A stretch of 64,000 nucleotides of DNA. It comes from Candidatus Versatilivorator sp. (lineage in GTDB: Bacteria; Acidobacteriota; Terriglobia; Versatilivoradales; Versatilivoraceae). Below, in pieces: positions 59,977 through 64,000 of this stretch. The translations under genes were made by a program, and so were the position numbers. The stretch covers positions 3,456,001-3,520,000 of the forward strand of contig OZ242296.1 of NCBI GenBank assembly GCA_965207735.1, in the 5' to 3' direction. The notes beneath the pieces are model-generated. The model saw only the letters and a list, made by a program, of their open reading frames with translations, was not told where the DNA came from and made no database searches. Every line of letters begins with the position of its first letter. Positions within the stretch are counted from its first letter, which is position 1.

Positions 59977-60999
59977 ATGAAAGTCCTGCTCCCCTGGACC
60001 GTCAGCCTGAGCCTGACGCTTCTGGTTGGTTCACTGATTTATTTCAGCGTTCCCGACTGGGCGCAGTCCTGGAGAGTGATGTTGCAGGGGCGGCCGGCCT
60101 ATCTGCTGGCCGGCCTGGGGATGACCCTGCTTCACATGGGACTGCGCGCCTGGAGGTGGGGAGTCCTGCTGTCCCCCGTCAAGCATCCCTTGGCCTACCA
60201 GGGCCTCTTTTCCCTGACGGTCGCCAAGTACGTCATCAATCTGATCCCCCCGCGCGCCGGCGAGGTGGTGGCCTCGGTGGTGCTGGCCAGGAAGGAAAAG
60301 ATCCCGGCCGCCTCGGTCATCGCCACCTCTCTGCTGGAGCGGATTCTGGACCTCATCACCGTGATCGGGATCTTTGCGGTCTACCTGGCTCTTTTCTCCG
60401 GTCAGCACCCGCCCAATTCCGAGCGGGGCCACGAAATCATGCTGGCCATCCAAAGATTTTCGCTGATCGGGGTCCCCATCCTGGCCCTGGCTTTGCTGGC
60501 CCTGGTCTACCTTGCCGGGCGTCGGGACTGGACCGGAAGGATTCCGGGGCGGCTTTCCCGCATCATCGTTTCCTTTGGGGATGGCTTCCGGGCACTGCGA
60601 AAGGACGGGGAACGGGTTGAAGTTGCGGTGCTCTCGCTGGCAATCTGGATCACCATCACCTTGCAGCTCTGGTTTCTGGCCAGGGCCTACCTGCCCGATT
60701 TCCCTCTGGCGGGCGCGCTTCTGCTAACGGTGATTACGGTTGCGGGGGTCGCCATTCCCACGCCGGGAGGGGTGGGCGGGTTCCAGTTTTTCATGCAACT
60801 GGCCCTGACCCACTTCTTTGCGCCCTTCCTCTCAACCCAGGACCCGAGCTCACAGGCCGCCGGCATCAGCAACGGCTGCTACCTGGTCTCAATGGTTCCG
60901 ATCCTGCTGCTCGGATTCGTTCTGCTTCATCGAGAAGGACTTTCCTGGAGCAGAATCTCCAGAATTGCCAGCGAGAAGCCGGCTACCGCGGAGAGCTGA
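59977..60999 (+). CDS. Lysylphosphatidylglycerol-synthase TM (UPF0104, flippase-like) membrane protein
   Basis: LRAWRW, N..P.RAGE, ERILD, PTPGGVG motifs; multiple TM helices. Confidence 0.85.
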   Translation: MKVLLPWTVSLSLTLLVGSLIYFSVPDWAQSWRVMLQGRPAYLLAGLGMTLLHMGLRAWRWGVLLSPVKHPLAYQGLFSLTVAKYVINLIPPRAGEVVASVVLARKEKIPAASVIATSLLERILDLITVIGIFAVYLALFSGQHPPNSERGHEIMLAIQRFSLIGVPILALALLALVYLAGRRDWTGRIPGRLSRIIVSFGDGFRALRKDGERVEVAVLSLAIWITITLQLWFLARAYLPDFPLAGALLLTVITVAGVAIPTPGGVGGFQFFMQLALTHFFAPFLSTQDPSSQAAGISNGCYLVSMVPILLLGFVLLHREGLSWSRISRIASEKPATAES

Positions 61000-61129
61000 C
61001 CACGCCGCCGATTTTCACTCACGGGACGAGGAGTTTGCCCCCCAATTCCGCAAAACGTCCTTCAAGAAACTCAAGTATCACTCCCCCCTTGAGTAGGAGG
61101 TGGAACGGCGGAAGGGGGCGGCAGAAACC

Positions 61130-62287
61130 TCAGGCGCTGAGGACCGCTTGCTGTTTGCTCTGGATGGAGGCGAGCAGCCGGTCAAAGGCGTCTGCGAACA
61201 GCTTGACGCCGTCGTCCTGCAACTTGAGGGTCACCGCGTCCATGTCGATTCCCAACTCTTGCAGCTGGACAAACGTCTGGCGGGCAGCCTCCATGTCCTC
61301 TTCCAGGGTGGCTCTCGCCACCCCGTGATCCCGGAAGGCCGCAAGAGTGGGCAAGGGCATGGTGTTCACCGTGTCGGAGCCAATCAGCGTTTCCACGTAG
61401 AGCACGTCCCGGTAGCGGGGATTCTTGGTGCTGGTGCTGGCCCACAGCGGGCGCTGCACCCGGAAGCCTTGTCGCTCGAGACCGAGGAAGCGGCTTCCGC
61501 CGAAGATCTCCCTGAATTTCCGATAAACCAGGCGCGCATTGGCAACAGCGGCGCGACCCTGCAGCGTTCGGCAACGTTCTCTCTCGGCGGCGCTGCCGGC
61601 TGCCGCCTCCAGCTCTTGGAGCAGCTTGTCGACCACGGTGTCGACCCGGCTGACAAAGAAGCTGGCCACCGAGGCTACCGGGGCGGTCCGGCCGGAGGCC
61701 ACCAGGGTCTCGATCCCCTGCAGGTAGGCCTCGGCCACCCGAAGGTAGTGCTCCATGGAAAACATCAGGGTGACGTTGACGTTGATACCCTCTCCCACCA
61801 GCTGACGGATGGCGGGCATTCCGGCCGGGGTCGCGGGAACCTTGATCATCACGTTGGGTCTGCCCACGGCTTTCCACAGGCGACGGGCTTCCTCCACGGT
61901 TTCCCGGGTCCGGCAGGCCAAGTGGGGCGAGACCTCCAGACTGACGTAGCCATCTCCTCCCCCGGTCGTTTCGAAAAGAGGCCTGAACTGATCGGCCGCG
62001 CCCTGAATATCCTGGATGGCCAGCACTTCGTAGATCCGGGCGGCGGAGAAGCCGGCCCGGGCCATGGTGCGGATCTCCAGGTCGTACTCGGCGCCGCCGT
62101 CGATGGCCTTCTCGAAGATGGAGGGGTTGGACGTCACCCCGCGCAAGCCATCCTCGGCAATCAGCCGCCGCAACTCGCCCGAATCCAACAGGGTTCGGCT
62201 TATGGTGTCGCACCAGACACTCTGACCCAGTTGCTGCAAGTCCAGGAGCGGACTCGTGCCCTTCCCGCCCAGTTTCCGGTTGCCCAT
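61130..62287 (-). CDS. tal: Transaldolase
   Basis: GQSVWCD, GVTSNPSIF, VSLEVSP, MIKVPAT, SFFVSRVD, RPLWASTSTK. Confidence 0.95.
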   Translation of the reverse strand: MGNRKLGGKGTSPLLDLQQLGQSVWCDTISRTLLDSGELRRLIAEDGLRGVTSNPSIFEKAIDGGAEYDLEIRTMARAGFSAARIYEVLAIQDIQGAADQFRPLFETTGGGDGYVSLEVSPHLACRTRETVEEARRLWKAVGRPNVMIKVPATPAGMPAIRQLVGEGINVNVTLMFSMEHYLRVAEAYLQGIETLVASGRTAPVASVASFFVSRVDTVVDKLLQELEAAAGSAAERERCRTLQGRAAVANARLVYRKFREIFGGSRFLGLERQGFRVQRPLWASTSTKNPRYRDVLYVETLIGSDTVNTMPLPTLAAFRDHGVARATLEEDMEAARQTFVQLQELGIDMDAVTLKLQDDGVKLFADAFDRLLASIQSKQQAVLSA

Positions 62288-62420
62288 CGAAACCTCCTGC
62301 AGTGAGTTTCGGAGACCTCGAGCCCCTCAGGTCCACCGACACCAAACTCTAATCCCCGCGCCCCGCCGACACAATCGAAAACCGCTAGCGGAAATCACAC
62401 CCTCCGGCGAGAACTGTGGG

Positions 62421-63899
62421 CTAGGGAATCAGCAAGCCATAGAGCCGATCATGGCGTTCCAGCGCCTTCCGGTATCGTTGATGTCGATCGCGGCAGGGAT
62501 GGAACCGCGGCCCCAGAGGGGTCTCCACTTTCTCAATGCTGCCAAGATAACCCAGGGCTTCCAGGGCCAGCAAGGCGGCGCCCCGGCTTGAGGCCTCCTT
62601 CACCGCGGAAGCCACCACCGGCTGTCCCAACACGTCCGCCATGATCTGCATCCAGACAGGCGATTGCAGAAGCGCCCCGCCGGAAGCCACGATCTCTCGA
62701 TCCCGCGGGACCACCGGCTCCAGCAGCCGAGCGATCTTGGCAAAACGGTAGGCCACCGATTCCAGTGAAGCCCGCAGGATTTCAATGGGACGGGTGTGCA
62801 AACTCAGGCCCGTGACGGCAGCCCGGGCTTTTGACTGCCAACCCGGGCTGCGTTCCCCGGCCAGGAAGGGGAGAAGGGTCAGCCCATGGGAATCCGGCTC
62901 CAGGTCCGCCAGTTGGCGCTCGACAGCCTCCGGGTCCCTGTCCAGCCGCAGCGTCTCGGTCATCCATTCGAAGAGGAGACCGCCGTTGCTGAGAGATCCT
63001 CCCATGACGAAGCGGCTCCGATTGGCCCGATAGCACCACAATCCCCGGGGAACCGCAGGCTGTTGGGTCTTCCCCATGACTCTCATGGCGCCCGAAGTGC
63101 CAACCATCAGGGCCAGGCGATCGGGCGTGCAGCAGCCGCTGCCCACGTTGCTGCAGGCCCCGTCTCCAACGGCGGCGACCCAGGGGATTCGACTCAAGTC
63201 GGGCCAGCGGCCGGCGAACGCTTGTCCCAGACCCGACAGCGGAGTGTCCAGGTCGATGAGGGGGGACAGCTGGTTCCGCTCCAGCGGCAGGACCTGCAGA
63301 ATCCCCTGGTCCCACTCCAGGCGGTCCTGATCCAGAAGCCCCGTCCCCGACGCCATGGAAAGGCTGCAGCGGTTGACGCCAAACAGTTTCAAATAGGCAT
63401 ATTCCCCGAACGACATCCAACCGGTGACCCCGCGAAACCGCTCCCGATGGGACCGATACAGCCACAGCAGCTTGGCCGGCAGGTAACTGGGATGGAGCGG
63501 ACAGCCGGTGCGAGCGTGGTACCGGCTTTCCTCCACGCGGCTGCGGAGCTCCTCCGCGGCAGCCGCGCTGCGGGTATCGGCCCAGGAGTAGACCGGGGTC
63601 AACGCCCGACCCTTGGCATCTACCCCCACCAGGTTGTGCCAGAAAGTGGACATGGCAACGGCTGCAATCCCCGCACGGCGGCGGCCACTTCGGGCCAGGA
63701 TCTCGTCGATCACCTCCACCACCAGCTTGAACAGGGCGTCGGCGCCCACTTCCACCCCGCCGTCCGGAGTGGTTGCGAACTGATAGGGCCTTCGAGCCTC
63801 CAGACCGGGCAAGGCCCGGCCGCAATGGTCATGGATGGTGGCTCGAACCGAGGAACTCCCGGCGTCAACGGTGAGAATCAGAGGATCGTCAGCGCGCAT
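62421..63899 (-). CDS. gntK: Gluconokinase (FGGY family)
   Basis: VDAGSSSVRA, SWADTR, GDGACSNVG, GTSGAMR, PFLAGERSPGW; adjacent to tal. Confidence 0.85.
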   Translation of the reverse strand: MRADDPLILTVDAGSSSVRATIHDHCGRALPGLEARRPYQFATTPDGGVEVGADALFKLVVEVIDEILARSGRRRAGIAAVAMSTFWHNLVGVDAKGRALTPVYSWADTRSAAAAEELRSRVEESRYHARTGCPLHPSYLPAKLLWLYRSHRERFRGVTGWMSFGEYAYLKLFGVNRCSLSMASGTGLLDQDRLEWDQGILQVLPLERNQLSPLIDLDTPLSGLGQAFAGRWPDLSRIPWVAAVGDGACSNVGSGCCTPDRLALMVGTSGAMRVMGKTQQPAVPRGLWCYRANRSRFVMGGSLSNGGLLFEWMTETLRLDRDPEAVERQLADLEPDSHGLTLLPFLAGERSPGWQSKARAAVTGLSLHTRPIEILRASLESVAYRFAKIARLLEPVVPRDREIVASGGALLQSPVWMQIMADVLGQPVVASAVKEASSRGAALLALEALGYLGSIEKVETPLGPRFHPCRDRHQRYRKALERHDRLYGLLIP

Positions 63900-64000
63900 T
63901 TCAGTAGCTTGTCGGTCCGATTCTAGTGGCTTCCGGTTATACACCGTGCTGGGCGCGCTCTGGCTTGTCCTCTTTCCCTCAGCCCATCCATGCTCGCTCG

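Overview
GC-rich bacterial genomic window. The gene set (Oar-like TonB receptor, TMTC-like TPR protein, mfd/S4/SurA-type PPIase block) is compatible with Acidobacteriota, but that is inference only. Housekeeping and metabolic genes (mpg, uxuA, HAD hydrolases, acyl-CoA synthetase fusion, beta-decarboxylating dehydrogenase, P450, FAD/Fe-S lactate dehydrogenase, mfd, rfaE2, bioB, M32 peptidase, tal, gntK) are interrupted by three accessory regions. (1) About 5.4-9.1 kb: a complete retron-like locus of type VI architecture (promoter, structured ncRNA, 55-aa cationic peptide, XRE-HTH protein, retron RT), followed by a stand-alone AAA+ ATPase and a type III R-M remnant. In the ncRNA, the predicted reverse-transcription template pairs with the purine tract running into the peptide's Shine-Dalgarno, suggesting an RT-operated translational switch. 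(2) About 15-24 kb: exported glycan-active or metallohydrolase-like proteins with a MITE-associated duplication. (3) About 24-38.8 kb: a defence/TA island with a type I R-M operon carrying HEPN-MNT, DUF4238 and DUF2806 cargo, an IS1634-family element and seven TA modules, four of which have lost or broken toxins. Several MITE/REP-like repeats and a triple TACTA-N6-TAGTA operator-like array were also found. No rRNA, tRNA or CRISPR array was seen. All family assignments come from motif recognition by eye, not database searches.
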